DNA of 51,285 nucleotides, taken from sequence record PZ445413.1; one strand, 5' to 3'. This stretch comes from a phage. How positions within the stretch are numbered: the first letter of the stretch is position 1; each line of letters opens with the position of its first letter. Shown in pieces: positions 9,962-20,357 of the stretch. Position numbers and translations under genes: made by a program. The notes under the pieces were generated by a model, which worked only from the letters and a program-made list of their open reading frames with translations, searched no databases and was not told the DNA's origin.

Positions 9962-10279
9962 ATGGCTAAAATGAAATTAACTCTTGCCCCACTTCCAGAT
10001 TTCAAACTTCCAGTTAAATTCACCATGCCTGATGGTAATGAAGGTTCGATCCTGTTTACCGTTCGACACCTCAAGGCAAAAGAAGTGCAAGCGATGTATG
10101 AATCTGAAAACATTGTTACCGATTCGGAATTCATCATGAAACTTGCTACCGGATGGGATCTGGAGGAGGAATTCAACGAGGAAAACGCAAAAACCCTTGT
10201 GGAGTTTTACCCAGGCGCAGCATTGGCGCTGACTGGTTCCTATCTTTCCGCGCTGGCAGGGCAACGCGTAAAAAACTAA
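9962..10279 (+). CDS. tail assembly chaperone (G-like)
   Basis: RBS aggag 8 nt upstream of ATG 9962; ends at slippery A_AAA_AAC heptamer; immediately upstream of tape measure. Confidence 0.65.
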   Translation: MAKMKLTLAPLPDFKLPVKFTMPDGNEGSILFTVRHLKAKEVQAMYESENIVTDSEFIMKLATGWDLEEEFNEENAKTLVEFYPGAALALTGSYLSALAGQRVKN

Positions 10280-10593
10280 AAAGGGCGGTTCACCTGTTTT
10301 ACCAGAAGCCGCCCACTGATGCAGAATTGGAGGCCGTAGGATTAACCCGCGCAGATTATGAGGGTGAGGAGCCGATGGAGATCATATTTGATGAAAGCAT
10401 GATGCAATCATGGGATATGTTTTGCGCCATGCAAACTCAATGGCGATCCGCTGGCGCTGGTGCTTACGGCTTTGATTACAATGTTTTGCCTATGTTGTTC
10501 AAAATCTATAAAATAGACGATGAAGAAATGGCATTGAATGACTTGCGAATAATGGAAAGCAAAGCGCTTGAAATGATGCACGCAAGCAAATAA
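10270..10593 (+). CDS. tail assembly chaperone -1 frameshift extension (G-T-like)
   Basis: ORF in -1 frame overlapping 3' end of 9962-10279; heptamer A_AAA_AAC at 10270-10276; no independent RBS or start. Confidence 0.55.
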   Translation, partial: KKLKRAVHLFYQKPPTDAELEAVGLTRADYEGEEPMEIIFDESMMQSWDMFCAMQTQWRSAGAGAYGFDYNVLPMLFKIYKIDDEEMALNDLRIMESKALEMMHASK

Positions 10594-10595
10594 CA

Positions 10596-10617
10596 AAGCG
10601 CCTACGGGCGCTTTTTT
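10596..10617 (+). terminator. rho-independent terminator before tape measure gene
   Basis: aagcgcc tacg ggcgctt followed by TTTTTT. Confidence 0.6.
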
Positions 10618-10635
10618 CATATCGGAGGAATAAAC

Positions 10636-13326
10636 ATGGCGGAACAATACGCGGGGCTATCGTTAGGCGTTGACGTTTCACAGGTAAACAACGCCGTAAA
10701 ATCCTTGCAGCAATTCAAACAGGCCAACAATGAAGCAGCAAAAAGCGTTGAGGACTTTGTTGATCAGGAGCAAGTTGCAAAGCAACGAGCCAAAGAGCTT
10801 GCGCAGGAATTAGCAAAACAGCGCCGAGAGTTTCAGAGCATCCAAAATGCAATTGATCCGACAGCGGCAAAAATGGATAAATTGCGCCAGGCATCAAAGC
10901 AACTTGATACCTTATGGAAAAAAGGCATTGTGCCTGATGAAACGTTTTTTCAGTTGGGTGAAATGCTGGAGGCTCAAACAAACAAGTTGGCGGCAAACCG
11001 CAAAGCGTTAACCGAGGAGGGACGCGCAGCGCTTGAGGAGTCAAAGCAGAAAGCAAAGGCGGCGGCTGAGGCACAGAAATTCATTGCGGCTCTTGAGGCT
11101 CAAGCGGCAGCGGCAGGAAAGACACAGGCCGAGCTAACGGAAATGAAAGCGGCGCAACTTGGCGTAAGCGCGCAAGCAGCGCCATTTATCGCGCAGTTGA
11201 GAGCGCAGGAAAAGGAAGTTGAAAAGCTGGGCGTTTCAATGGGGCAATATCGCCAGGCAATGCGAATGCTTCCGGCGCAGATCACAGACGTTGCAACGTC
11301 GCTTGCTGGCGGTATGCCTATCTGGTTAATCGCCATCCAGCAGGGTGGACAGATCAAGGATTCTTTCGGCGGTCTGGTTCCGATGTTTAAGGCGCTGGCG
11401 ACATTCATCACGCCGTTTAACGTTGGCCTTGCGGCGCTGGTTGGCACGTTGGGTTATCTGACTTACAACGCGTACAGTTCCAAAAAGGCGCTAGACGAAG
11501 TATCAAAAACCGTTCAGGATGCAACGGGGCTTTCCGGTGAATTCGCGGAAAAGATTTCTTTAGGTGTCCAAGCGCTGGCTGACGCTTCCGGCAAGAGCGC
11601 AGAGGAGATCGCGAAAGCATACATTACCACGAAAGACAGCGCGCAACAGGCCATTGAAAAACTTGTTAACGTTGGTTATAGCTATGATGAAGCAAAGGCG
11701 AAAGTTGACGAGTACAAAAACGCATCCAGTTTCGTGAGTCTCAACAATGAGATCGCGGATCACATGAACAAAGTGCTACAGCTTGGCGATTCATGGTTGG
11801 AAGTGCTGAAAAAGAAAAAGCAGTACATTTCACCAACTGGCGGCGGTGGCGGCTCCCTGGCTGATGCGGAATTGGGACACATTAACCGAGGTCTTGAGAT
11901 TGCGAAGCAGACTCACGCCGACATTGCAAAGATCGTAAAAGAAAGCAACATTGATTTTGCAAAGCGTGCTGGAGAGATTGACAAAACAAACCTTTCATTA
12001 AACCGCTTGCGTGCGGCACAGGAAGCGCTAAATAAGGCGATTGAAGATGAAAAATATGTTGCTCAATCTTCCGATAAGGAGCTAAAACGCAAGGCGGCTG
12101 AAAACGTTGCTTTACGCCGAAAAGAGCTTGAGGATCTCAAAAAGCTGGAGGAGAAGAAAGGCAAGGCAAAAACGCAAGGCGGAATTGTGAAAAGCCCTAC
12201 CGAGCAACTAGATAAGGAGGTTTATGTTTTAAAGGCTCAATTAGAAATACTTAAAGAACACCGCACCGTTAATGATGTTATTTCACGGCAGCGACTTTCT
12301 TTAATGAGCACAGAGAAGCAGATCCAGATCTTGCAAGAGGCGCAGAGCAAACGCGGCCTAACAGCAGCGGAGAAAAAGTTACTTGCCGAACAGCAAAGCG
12401 TGTTGGAGTTGTCGAAACAAAAAGCCGAGTTAGGCGATCAAATTTTGATTCAGGAGCGCAAAAACAAACTTGAGCAAAATTCCGTCGAATTCATCCGACA
12501 GACAACCGCAGCGATTGAAGAATTGAATCTCAAGCAAAAAGGCATGACAGACGAGCAGATCAGGCGAGAGCTTGAATTGCAGAAAATTAAGGATGATTAC
12601 AAGGCCAAAGGCGGCGGAGAAGATGATCAGACGTTGCAAGATATGCTGGCAAAACAACAAGCGTTTTACGACAAGCAAGACGAGTTGCAAAATGATTGGG
12701 TTGCAGGTGCTAAAAAGGCGTTTGCCGATTATGGCGCTGAGGCAACAAACGTTTATGCGAACATCAACGAAATTGCAACCGCTGGTCTGAATGGTCTGTC
12801 AAGCATGATGACTGATTTTCTTACTACTGGAAAAGCCAGCTTTAAAGACTTTGCAACTAGCATCATTAAAATGATCGTGCAGATGATCGCTAAGATGGCA
12901 ATTTTTAACGCCATATCCGGCGCTATGGGCGGCGCAACGTTCTCGTTTGCTGGATTAGCCAAAGGATTTGCAGGAGGCGGTTACACTGGCGATGGTGGCA
13001 AATATGATCCGGCTGGCGTGGTTCATAAAGGTGAGTTTGTTTTCACCAAAGAGGCAACGCAACGAATCGGAGCCAAAAACCTTTACCGCTTAATGCGTGG
13101 ATATGCAAACGGCGGCAGTGTTGGCGGTTCGTCATACTCTCGCGGCGCGGCGGCTGGCGGTGTTGGATCTCAATTCAATTTCGGTGATATCATGGTTGAC
13201 GTGAACAACGGCAACGATCCAAAAGGGATGGAAACCGGAATCAAGATGATTTTCACGGAAATGATTCAGCGGTCTTGCTCGCAAGGCGGCGAGGTTTATA
13301 ACTTTGTTAATAGTAAGAGGGGGTAA
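10636..13326 (+). CDS. tail tape measure protein
   Basis: 896 aa; long A/E/K/Q-rich coiled-coil regions; hydrophobic segment; Gly-rich C-terminus; position after frameshifted chaperones. Confidence 0.85.
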   Translation: MAEQYAGLSLGVDVSQVNNAVKSLQQFKQANNEAAKSVEDFVDQEQVAKQRAKELAQELAKQRREFQSIQNAIDPTAAKMDKLRQASKQLDTLWKKGIVPDETFFQLGEMLEAQTNKLAANRKALTEEGRAALEESKQKAKAAAEAQKFIAALEAQAAAAGKTQAELTEMKAAQLGVSAQAAPFIAQLRAQEKEVEKLGVSMGQYRQAMRMLPAQITDVATSLAGGMPIWLIAIQQGGQIKDSFGGLVPMFKALATFITPFNVGLAALVGTLGYLTYNAYSSKKALDEVSKTVQDATGLSGEFAEKISLGVQALADASGKSAEEIAKAYITTKDSAQQAIEKLVNVGYSYDEAKAKVDEYKNASSFVSLNNEIADHMNKVLQLGDSWLEVLKKKKQYISPTGGGGGSLADAELGHINRGLEIAKQTHADIAKIVKESNIDFAKRAGEIDKTNLSLNRLRAAQEALNKAIEDEKYVAQSSDKELKRKAAENVALRRKELEDLKKLEEKKGKAKTQGGIVKSPTEQLDKEVYVLKAQLEILKEHRTVNDVISRQRLSLMSTEKQIQILQEAQSKRGLTAAEKKLLAEQQSVLELSKQKAELGDQILIQERKNKLEQNSVEFIRQTTAAIEELNLKQKGMTDEQIRRELELQKIKDDYKAKGGGEDDQTLQDMLAKQQAFYDKQDELQNDWVAGAKKAFADYGAEATNVYANINEIATAGLNGLSSMMTDFLTTGKASFKDFATSIIKMIVQMIAKMAIFNAISGAMGGATFSFAGLAKGFAGGGYTGDGGKYDPAGVVHKGEFVFTKEATQRIGAKNLYRLMRGYANGGSVGGSSYSRGAAAGGVGSQFNFGDIMVDVNNGNDPKGMETGIKMIFTEMIQRSCSQGGEVYNFVNSKRG

Positions 13327-13328
13327 TA

Positions 13329-13682
13329 ATGGCGGCGCTTGATGAATTTACATGGTGTACGCAAATTCAGAGCAGCGGCGGCGCAATGACCACGACGAAT
13401 AACGACAGGGAGGTTGTTTTCGGCAATGGTTACACGCAAGTTGCATCGTCTGGATTTAACACGGTACGTCGTGAGTTTTCCATTGCCTACGTTGGACTTG
13501 ATTACAAAGATGTTCTCAAGTTTATGAACGATCACAGGCTCAAGCCGTTTTTGTGGATTACGCCGGACGGCTCTCCAGGGTTGTTTAGAGTGAAAAGCGG
13601 CAGCGTTGCAGCAACGCCGATTTCGCCAACCGTTCAGGAAGTGAAAGCAACTTTCACGGAGCAGTTTACGAGCATGAAGTAA
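13329..13682 (+). CDS. minor tail protein (lambda M-like, distal tail)
   Basis: 117 aa directly after tape measure; positional and size inference. Confidence 0.5.
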   Translation: MAALDEFTWCTQIQSSGGAMTTTNNDREVVFGNGYTQVASSGFNTVRREFSIAYVGLDYKDVLKFMNDHRLKPFLWITPDGSPGLFRVKSGSVAATPISPTVQEVKATFTEQFTSMK

Positions 13683-13686
13683 GACA

Positions 13687-13723
13687 AGCCGCCTTTGTGC
13701 GGCTTTTTTATTGGTGCTATAAT
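13687..13723 (+). promoter_or_regulatory. terminator with embedded sigma70-like promoter
   Basis: hairpin agccgc/gcggct plus T-run; -35 TTGTGC in hairpin, 17-nt spacer, extended -10 TGcTATAAT at 13715-13723. Confidence 0.5.
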
Positions 13724-13750
13724 GCGCACACCAAAAGAGGAGAAATTCAA

Positions 13751-14506
13751 ATGGCTACAGACTTAAACAAAGACTTTGCCAACTGCTTACAAAGCCTTTA
13801 CCCTGGCGAGATCATCACGCTTGTTGAGGTTGACGGCACAAAGTTTGGCGCTAACGTTTATCGGTTCCACGCTGAGAATTTGCAGTACACCGCAGAGGAA
13901 TTAATGATCGCGAGAGAAACCGGAGTGCTACCGCCAAAAGACATTGTTTTCCAGGGTGAGGTTTACGGCGCGCGGCCTTTCGGTATTAGCGGGATCAGCT
14001 TCACCAGCAACGGAAAGGCAGATAAACCGCAATTAACGCTTTCGAATCTTGATAGCCAGGTTAGCGCAATGATTCGCGCCTACAATGGCATGATGCAAGC
14101 GAAGGTCACGATCTGGATTACGGCGGCTGACTTTCTGCAAGCAGACGGAAGCGTTGCAGATGGTGCTTACAGGAAACTTGTTTATTACATTGAGCGCCCA
14201 AACTATTGCAATCAGTCTGTTGCACGATTCGATCTCACATCGCCTTATGATATGGACGGGATCATGATACCGCCACGCATTAGCCAAAGCGTTTGTTATT
14301 GGGCGCAACGCGGCTGGTACAGGAGCGGGAAGGGTTGCGGGTATAATGGCGCGGCTATGTTCGACAAAGACAATAACCCCGTAACAGATCCGGCGCAGGA
14401 CTATTGCGCAGGAACCGCAACGGCTTGCAAAATTCGTTTCGGATTTGATCAGCCATTAGATTTTGGCGGTTGCGCCGTCGCTTCACTGTTGAGGAAAAAC
14501 CAATGA
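13751..14506 (+). CDS. minor tail protein (lambda L-like)
   Basis: RBS aaagaggag before ATG 13751; C-terminal cysteine cluster (C..C..C....C) as in Fe-S-binding L proteins. Confidence 0.55.
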   Translation: MATDLNKDFANCLQSLYPGEIITLVEVDGTKFGANVYRFHAENLQYTAEELMIARETGVLPPKDIVFQGEVYGARPFGISGISFTSNGKADKPQLTLSNLDSQVSAMIRAYNGMMQAKVTIWITAADFLQADGSVADGAYRKLVYYIERPNYCNQSVARFDLTSPYDMDGIMIPPRISQSVCYWAQRGWYRSGKGCGYNGAAMFDKDNNPVTDPAQDYCAGTATACKIRFGFDQPLDFGGCAVASLLRKNQ

Positions 14507-15228
14507 TTAACGCAAAAATCAAACTTGAAATCATGCAGCACGCGCAAGACGTTTACCCCAATGAATGTTGCGGGGTGGTAACGCAAAAAAGCAGGGTGCA
14601 AAAATATCATCGGATCGATAACGTTCACGCAGACCCTGAAAATCATTTCGAAATGGATGCGGCAGAATACGCACAGGCGCTTGATAGCGGCGAGTTAATT
14701 GCGGTGGTGCATTCGCATACTGGCGACGGCGCAACAACGCTACCGAGCGCGCACGACACTTGTATGTGTGATGAAATGGGTGTGACGTGGGTTATAGTTT
14801 CATTGCCAGAGGGTGACATGAGAATGATAGAGCCAGAATCAAGGCCGCTGACTGGTCGCCCCTGGGCTTTAGGCTCTTATGATTGCTGGGGGCTGGTGAT
14901 GGCATGGCACAAAGAGCAAGGCGTAATCTTGAATGATTTCCGCAAGCCGTATGAATGGTGGAAGCCGGAAAATGGTGAAAACCTTTATCAAGATAATTAC
15001 TTGAAAGAGGGATTCGAACCAACAGGACAACCGCCACAGCCTGGAGACATGATCATCATGCAATTGCAATCACAGGTATGGAACCACGCAGGGATTTACC
15101 TGGGGAACAATCAGCTATTGCACCACGCTTACGGCAAGTTGTCCCGCGTTGATTTATATTCCGGTTGGTATCAAGAGCATACGAAAATGATTTGCAGACA
15201 TAAGGATCTGATTTATGGAAACAGTTAA
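14503..15228 (+). CDS. tail assembly protein (lambda K-like; MPN/JAB + NlpC/P60-like)
   Basis: ATG 14503 with RBS gagga; ECCG and HSHT motifs of JAB/MPN followed by a Cys/His-containing second domain. Confidence 0.55.
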   Translation: MINAKIKLEIMQHAQDVYPNECCGVVTQKSRVQKYHRIDNVHADPENHFEMDAAEYAQALDSGELIAVVHSHTGDGATTLPSAHDTCMCDEMGVTWVIVSLPEGDMRMIEPESRPLTGRPWALGSYDCWGLVMAWHKEQGVILNDFRKPYEWWKPENGENLYQDNYLKEGFEPTGQPPQPGDMIIMQLQSQVWNHAGIYLGNNQLLHHAYGKLSRVDLYSGWYQEHTKMICRHKDLIYGNS

Positions 15229-15814
15229 AACAATCAAACTTTCCGGCTCCCTGGGGCGGCGTTTTGGTGTCTTTCATCGTTTCGCCGTCGATAGCTTTCC
15301 AGAGGCAATCCGAGCGCTATCAAGCCAGGTTGAAGGATTCAAAGACTATATGCAAAGCGAAATCGGATCGCGCATGAAATACGCAATCTTTGTTGACGGC
15401 GTTAACGTTGGAGAGCATAACGATAAAGCATGGCAATGCGGCAAAGAGATCAGGATTTTGCCTATTCCAACAGGTTCAAAATCTGGCGGTTTGTTTCAGG
15501 TGGTTTTGGGCGCTGTTATTATGGCGACTGCGTTTTTCACTGGTGGCGCATCGCTGGCGGCTATGGGTGCGCTCGCATCCTCCGCTTTCATGATGGGCGG
15601 CGCAATGGTGCTGGGTGGAGTAATGCAGATGATTTCACCGCAGCAAGGCGGCTCTATGATGGAAATGCAGAGCGCAGAAAACAAACCTTCTTATGCGTTC
15701 GGCGGAGCAGTCAACACAACGGCGGCTGGATATCCGATCCCGTTGCCGTATGGAGAAAGAACCGTGGGCGGCGCTATCTGGTCGGCAGGTAGTTACGCAG
15801 AGGACAAAGTTTAA
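15215..15814 (+). CDS. tail assembly protein (lambda I-like)
   Basis: 199 aa; Gly/Ala/Met-rich hydrophobic C-terminal half; position between K-like and J-like genes. Confidence 0.5.
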   Translation: METVKTIKLSGSLGRRFGVFHRFAVDSFPEAIRALSSQVEGFKDYMQSEIGSRMKYAIFVDGVNVGEHNDKAWQCGKEIRILPIPTGSKSGGLFQVVLGAVIMATAFFTGGASLAAMGALASSAFMMGGAMVLGGVMQMISPQQGGSMMEMQSAENKPSYAFGGAVNTTAAGYPIPLPYGERTVGGAIWSAGSYAEDKV

Positions 15815-15820
15815 AGCACA

Positions 15821-15856
15821 CCCCGCCTTGCGCGGGGTTTTTTGCGCCCGTATAAT
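15821..15856 (+). promoter_or_regulatory. terminator with embedded sigma70-like promoter upstream of J-like gene
   Basis: hairpin ccccgc/gcgggg plus T-run; -35 TTGCGC, 17-nt spacer, -10 TATAAT 15851-15856. Confidence 0.5.
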
Positions 15857-15892
15857 GTGTAAACCGATAAACAGCACAAAAGGTTAAAAGCT

Positions 15893-18800
15893 ATGGCTAA
15901 AAATGTGATAAGCGGCAGTAAAGGCGGTTCATCAAAACCGTATGTGCCAAAGGAAATGGAAGATAACTTGATTTCTATAAACAAAATCAAGATCTTGCTT
16001 GCTGTTTCCGATGGCGAGTGCGACGAAACGTTTTCATTGCGTGACCTGTATCTTGATGATGTTCCGGTTATGAATGACGATGGCACTTATAACTATAGCG
16101 GCGTTTCGGCTGAGTTCAGGCCAGGCACTCAAGATCAAGACTACATCCAGGGGTTTACTGACACCTCAAGCGAAATAACTGTATCGCGAAATCTTGAAAC
16201 AGACACGCCATATGTGATTGCAGTAACCAACAAAAACCTATCTGCGATCAGAATAAAAATCCTTATGCCTACTGGTATAAAGCAAGAGGATAACGGCGAT
16301 CTCGTTGGTGTAAGCGTAACATATGCCGTTGATATGGCTGTTGATGGCGGCTCATACAATGAGATTTTGAGCGATACGATAAGCGGTAAAACTCGCAGCG
16401 GTTACGACAGAAGCCGTCGAATTGATTTGCCAGCTTTTAACGAGCAAGTATTGTTGCGCGTTCGCCGTGTTACTCCTGATAGCACATCGTCAAAGGTTAC
16501 AGATCTGATTAAGTTGCAGAGCTACGCGGAAGTTGTAGACGCTAAATTTCGTTATCCGCTGACAGGTCTTGTTTATGTGGAATTTGATTCCGAGTTATTC
16601 CCGAACCAGATCCCACGGATAGCGGTAAAAAAGAAATGGAAGATCATAAACGTTCCGAGCAATTACGATCCTGTTTTGCGTGAATACCACGGCGCGTGGG
16701 ATGGAACCTGGAAAAAAGCATGGTCTAACAATCCGGCTTACATCCTATATGACTTGATAACCAATCAGCGTTACGGACTCGATCAACGTGAGTTGGGAAT
16801 TCCACTTGATAAGTGGAGCATTTACGAGGCGGGGCAATATTGCGATCAGATGGTTCCAGATGGAAAGGGCGGAACAGAGCCGCGCTACCTTTGCGACGTT
16901 GTGATCCAAAGCCAGATTGAAGCGTATCAGCTTGTAAGGGATATTTGTTCAATCTTCCGTGGAATGAGTTTCTGGAACGGTGAGAGCCTTTCAATTGTCG
17001 TTGATAGACCGCGCGAGCCGTCTTACATCTTCACAAATGATAACGTTGTTAATGGTGATTTTAGCTACACGTTCGCCAGCGAAAAGAGCATGTACACACA
17101 GTGCAATGTGACTTTCGACGACGAGCAAAACATGTATCAACAGGACGTTGAAGGGGTTTTTGAAACGGAGGCGGCGTTACGTTTTGGCTACAATCCAACG
17201 AGCATTACAGCGATTGGATGCACACGACGCAGCGAAGCAAACCGCCGTGGGCGCTGGGTTCTGAAAACCAACTTGCGCAGTACAACGGTAAACTTTGCAA
17301 CAGGTCTTGAGGGTATGATCCCGTCAATCGGTGATGTGGTGGCGATTGCGGATAACTTCTGGAGCAGCGCACTAACGCTCAACCTTTCGGGGCGCGTTAT
17401 GGAGGTATCCGGTCTGCAAGTTTTCCTACCGTTTAAAGTCGATGCGCGGCCAGGCGATTTCATCATGGTAAATAAGCCAGATGGGAAGCCAGTAAAACGC
17501 ACTATTGCCAACGTGAGTGCAGACGGAAAAACCATTGAGCTAAACATAGGTTTTGGCTTTGACGTTCAGCCCGATACGGTGTTTGCGATTGACCGCACAG
17601 ACATTGCATTGCAGCAATACGTTGTGACGACAATCACCAGGGGAGATAACGAGGACGAGTTTACTTACTCAATCACAGCCGTTGAATACGATCCGAACAA
17701 ATACGACGAGATTGATTATGGCGTTAACATCGACGACAGGCCAACAAGCATTGTGCAACCTGACGTAATGCAGCCGCCAGAGAATGTTGCCGTTTCCTCT
17801 TACTCTCGCATTGTTCAGGGTGTTAGCGTTGAAACGATGGTTGTTAGCTGGGACAAAGTGCCTTACGCGAGCTTATACGAGGTTCAATGGAGGAAAGACA
17901 ACAGCAACTGGTTAAACGTCCCACAGACGGCAAACAAAGAGATTGAGGTGGAGGGGATTTACGCTGGAGTTTATTACGTTCGCGTGCGATCCGTTTCCGC
18001 TTCCGGTTCTACGTCGCCCTGGTCTGGAATAGTTACAGCATCGCTGACGGGTAAAGTTGGTGAGCCTGGGAAGCCTATAAACCTTACTGCATCAACAAAT
18101 GAGGTTTTCGGTATTCGCGTAAAATGGGGTATGCCAGAGGGAACAGGAGACACGGCCTATATTGAGTTGCATCAATCACCAGATGGAACGGCGGAAAACT
18201 CAAGCCTTTTAACGCTTGTCCCATATCCGCAGTTTGAATACTGGCACAGCACGTTACCAGCGGGGAAAGTTGTGTGGTATCGCGTGCGCAGTGTTGACAG
18301 GATCGGCAACGTTTCCGGCTGGTCTGATTTTGTGCGCGGCATGGCTTCCGATGATGTGACAGATATCATTGGCGACATTTTAGATGATATCTGGAATACG
18401 GAGGGCGGAAAGGAAATCAAGGAAAACGCCATTGATAGCGCAAACAAGATTAAGGATCAGGCACAAAGCATCATTCAAAACGCATTGGCGAATGATACGG
18501 ACGTTAGGATCATGAGGAAGGAAAACGGCAAGCGCAAAGCCGAGTTTAGGCAATCAATCCAATTGATCGCAGATGAAACGGAGGCGCGCGTTACCGCAAT
18601 GACGCAACTCAAGGCTGAATTTGACGAGGAGATCACTAGCGAAGTAACGAGACTTGATCAGGCAATTGCAACAGAATCAGAAACGCGAGCAACAGCTATT
18701 GAGGAATTGAAATCACAGATTGGTGATGATATCCAGGGGCAGTTAACGCGAGTTGAGGAGGCTATTGCAAACGAAACAGAGGCGCGTGTTTCGGCTGATA

Positions 18801-19318
18801 CGGCATTAACAGCAAAGTTTGGCGATGTTGAATCAGCGCTGACTGAAAAACTTGATTCATGGGCTGGAGTTAATGGAGTTGGCGCACAGTACGCAATGAA
18901 ATTGGGATTGACCTACAACGGGCAGAAGTACAGCGCCGGAATGGTCATGCAGTTATCAAACAGCCCTCAAGGGTTGATTTCACAAATCCTGTTTGATGCC
19001 GGAAGATTTGCGATCATGACTAGTTCGACGGGCGGAACGTATACATTGCCTTTTGTGGTGGAGAATAACCAAGTTTTCATTAACAGCCTGTTAGTGAAAG
19101 AAGGATCAATCACAAACGCCATGATCGGTAACTTCATCCAATCAAACAACTACGTTTGGAACCAATCAGGATGGAGGTTGGATAAAAACGGAACGTTTGA
19201 AAACTATGGCTCCACTCCTGGCGAGGGCGCTATGAAAATGACAAACGAAACGATCAGCGTTAGGGATGCAAACGGCGTTTTGCGTGTTCAGATTGGACGT
19301 TTAACCGGATACTGGTAA
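15893..19318 (+). CDS. central tail fibre / host specificity protein (lambda J-like)
   Basis: 1141 aa; fibronectin-III-like segment (VSWDKVPYASLYEVQWRK...VYYVRVRSV); position after I-like gene. Confidence 0.75.
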   Translation: MAKNVISGSKGGSSKPYVPKEMEDNLISINKIKILLAVSDGECDETFSLRDLYLDDVPVMNDDGTYNYSGVSAEFRPGTQDQDYIQGFTDTSSEITVSRNLETDTPYVIAVTNKNLSAIRIKILMPTGIKQEDNGDLVGVSVTYAVDMAVDGGSYNEILSDTISGKTRSGYDRSRRIDLPAFNEQVLLRVRRVTPDSTSSKVTDLIKLQSYAEVVDAKFRYPLTGLVYVEFDSELFPNQIPRIAVKKKWKIINVPSNYDPVLREYHGAWDGTWKKAWSNNPAYILYDLITNQRYGLDQRELGIPLDKWSIYEAGQYCDQMVPDGKGGTEPRYLCDVVIQSQIEAYQLVRDICSIFRGMSFWNGESLSIVVDRPREPSYIFTNDNVVNGDFSYTFASEKSMYTQCNVTFDDEQNMYQQDVEGVFETEAALRFGYNPTSITAIGCTRRSEANRRGRWVLKTNLRSTTVNFATGLEGMIPSIGDVVAIADNFWSSALTLNLSGRVMEVSGLQVFLPFKVDARPGDFIMVNKPDGKPVKRTIANVSADGKTIELNIGFGFDVQPDTVFAIDRTDIALQQYVVTTITRGDNEDEFTYSITAVEYDPNKYDEIDYGVNIDDRPTSIVQPDVMQPPENVAVSSYSRIVQGVSVETMVVSWDKVPYASLYEVQWRKDNSNWLNVPQTANKEIEVEGIYAGVYYVRVRSVSASGSTSPWSGIVTASLTGKVGEPGKPINLTASTNEVFGIRVKWGMPEGTGDTAYIELHQSPDGTAENSSLLTLVPYPQFEYWHSTLPAGKVVWYRVRSVDRIGNVSGWSDFVRGMASDDVTDIIGDILDDIWNTEGGKEIKENAIDSANKIKDQAQSIIQNALANDTDVRIMRKENGKRKAEFRQSIQLIADETEARVTAMTQLKAEFDEEITSEVTRLDQAIATESETRATAIEELKSQIGDDIQGQLTRVEEAIANETEARVSADTALTAKFGDVESALTEKLDSWAGVNGVGAQYAMKLGLTYNGQKYSAGMVMQLSNSPQGLISQILFDAGRFAIMTSSTGGTYTLPFVVENNQVFINSLLVKEGSITNAMIGNFIQSNNYVWNQSGWRLDKNGTFENYGSTPGEGAMKMTNETISVRDANGVLRVQIGRLTGYW

Positions 19319-19324
19319 TATATA

Positions 19325-19348
19325 GGGGGTGGAGACACCCCCACTTTT
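19325..19348 (+). terminator. rho-independent terminator after J-like gene
   Basis: gggggtg gaga caccccc then TTTT. Confidence 0.55.
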
Positions 19349-19363
19349 ACAGGAGATCTTATT

Positions 19364-19669
19364 ATGGCTGAATATGGTATATCGACATGGGACGGCAACG
19401 GTGTTTATAACAACTACGGGATCAAGCCTGTTTCCGTTGTAGCATCAATAAAACTTGAACAGGGACAAAATAGCGGCGTTTATTCATTCGATATTCCGGC
19501 AGGTTTTAAAGTTGGGTTTGTAAACTCAATGGATAGCGGATATGTGAACATAGGCAGGAGAATAACCGCATCAGGAAACACAATAACTATTTCGCCAGCA
19601 TCAGACATTGGCGTTGGTAATTATCCAGCATCTAAATGTGAGCTTGTTGTATTTTTGGAGAGGGCTTGA
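19364..19669 (+). CDS. hypothetical protein (tail-tip associated?)
   Basis: 101 aa ORF after J-like gene; RBS aggag. Confidence 0.4.
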   Translation: MAEYGISTWDGNGVYNNYGIKPVSVVASIKLEQGQNSGVYSFDIPAGFKVGFVNSMDSGYVNIGRRITASGNTITISPASDIGVGNYPASKCELVVFLERA

Positions 19670-19673
19670 TTAT

Positions 19674-20327
19674 ATGGCTAAATATGGCGCAATGATGAAT
19701 TTACCTAACGGAAATCCTTTTATTACACCGGATTCAACGCCTTTTTGCCTTTATTCAAGGCAGGTTGTTACATCTAGTGTTGGTAATGTTTTCCAGGAGG
19801 CAACCGCATCAATTGAAATAGATCCCTCTTATCCTTTGATTGCATTTGGCAAGGCTTCCGGCGTTGATCGTGGCGGCTATCCTATGTTTTGCGGTAGGCT
19901 GGGTAATCGTGCGTCTGTCACTTGTCGAGCCAACTTTAGGAACGTTCATCCATTTACGTTAACTGCTTATTTTTTCGCTATATTTCCTCAACCGTTGCCG
20001 AAGTATGGTATGGCTATATGGGACGCGCAAAGCAAACTTGTTCTAACAAATGAATCAAAGGTTTTATCGGATCTAGTTACTATCGGCACTGTTGGCAACC
20101 AGGGAGGGATTAATATAAATCAAACAATTGGCGGCTCATATGCGGTGTCGCCAACTGTTTTGGGTGCTACGGTTCCAATGGCGATGCGAATAATGACAGC
20201 TTGTGTTTTTGATGGTGCTAACACTCGCTTTTATGGTGCGGCGGCTAGTGAGCAATCACAACCACCAATGGGATTCATTAATCACGGAATATCAATCACC
20301 GCAATTAACACGGCAGCATACGACTAA
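19674..20327 (+). CDS. hypothetical protein (tail-tip associated?)
   Basis: ATG 19674 with RBS ggaga; 218 aa; last gene of late operon before bidirectional terminator. Confidence 0.4.
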   Translation: MAKYGAMMNLPNGNPFITPDSTPFCLYSRQVVTSSVGNVFQEATASIEIDPSYPLIAFGKASGVDRGGYPMFCGRLGNRASVTCRANFRNVHPFTLTAYFFAIFPQPLPKYGMAIWDAQSKLVLTNESKVLSDLVTIGTVGNQGGININQTIGGSYAVSPTVLGATVPMAMRIMTACVFDGANTRFYGAAASEQSQPPMGFINHGISITAINTAAYD

Positions 20328-20330
20328 TAA

Positions 20331-20357
20331 AAAAGGAGCCTTTCGGCTCCTTTGTTT
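20331..20357. terminator. bidirectional terminator between convergent genes
   Basis: ggagcc tttc ggctcc flanked by A-run and T-run. Confidence 0.6.

Noticed and set aside
15003-15014. tRNA T-loop-like motif GGTTCGAATCC on the minus strand
   Set aside because: Flanking sequence cannot form T-stem or acceptor stem; it lies inside the K-like tail gene; no cloverleaf can be drawn.
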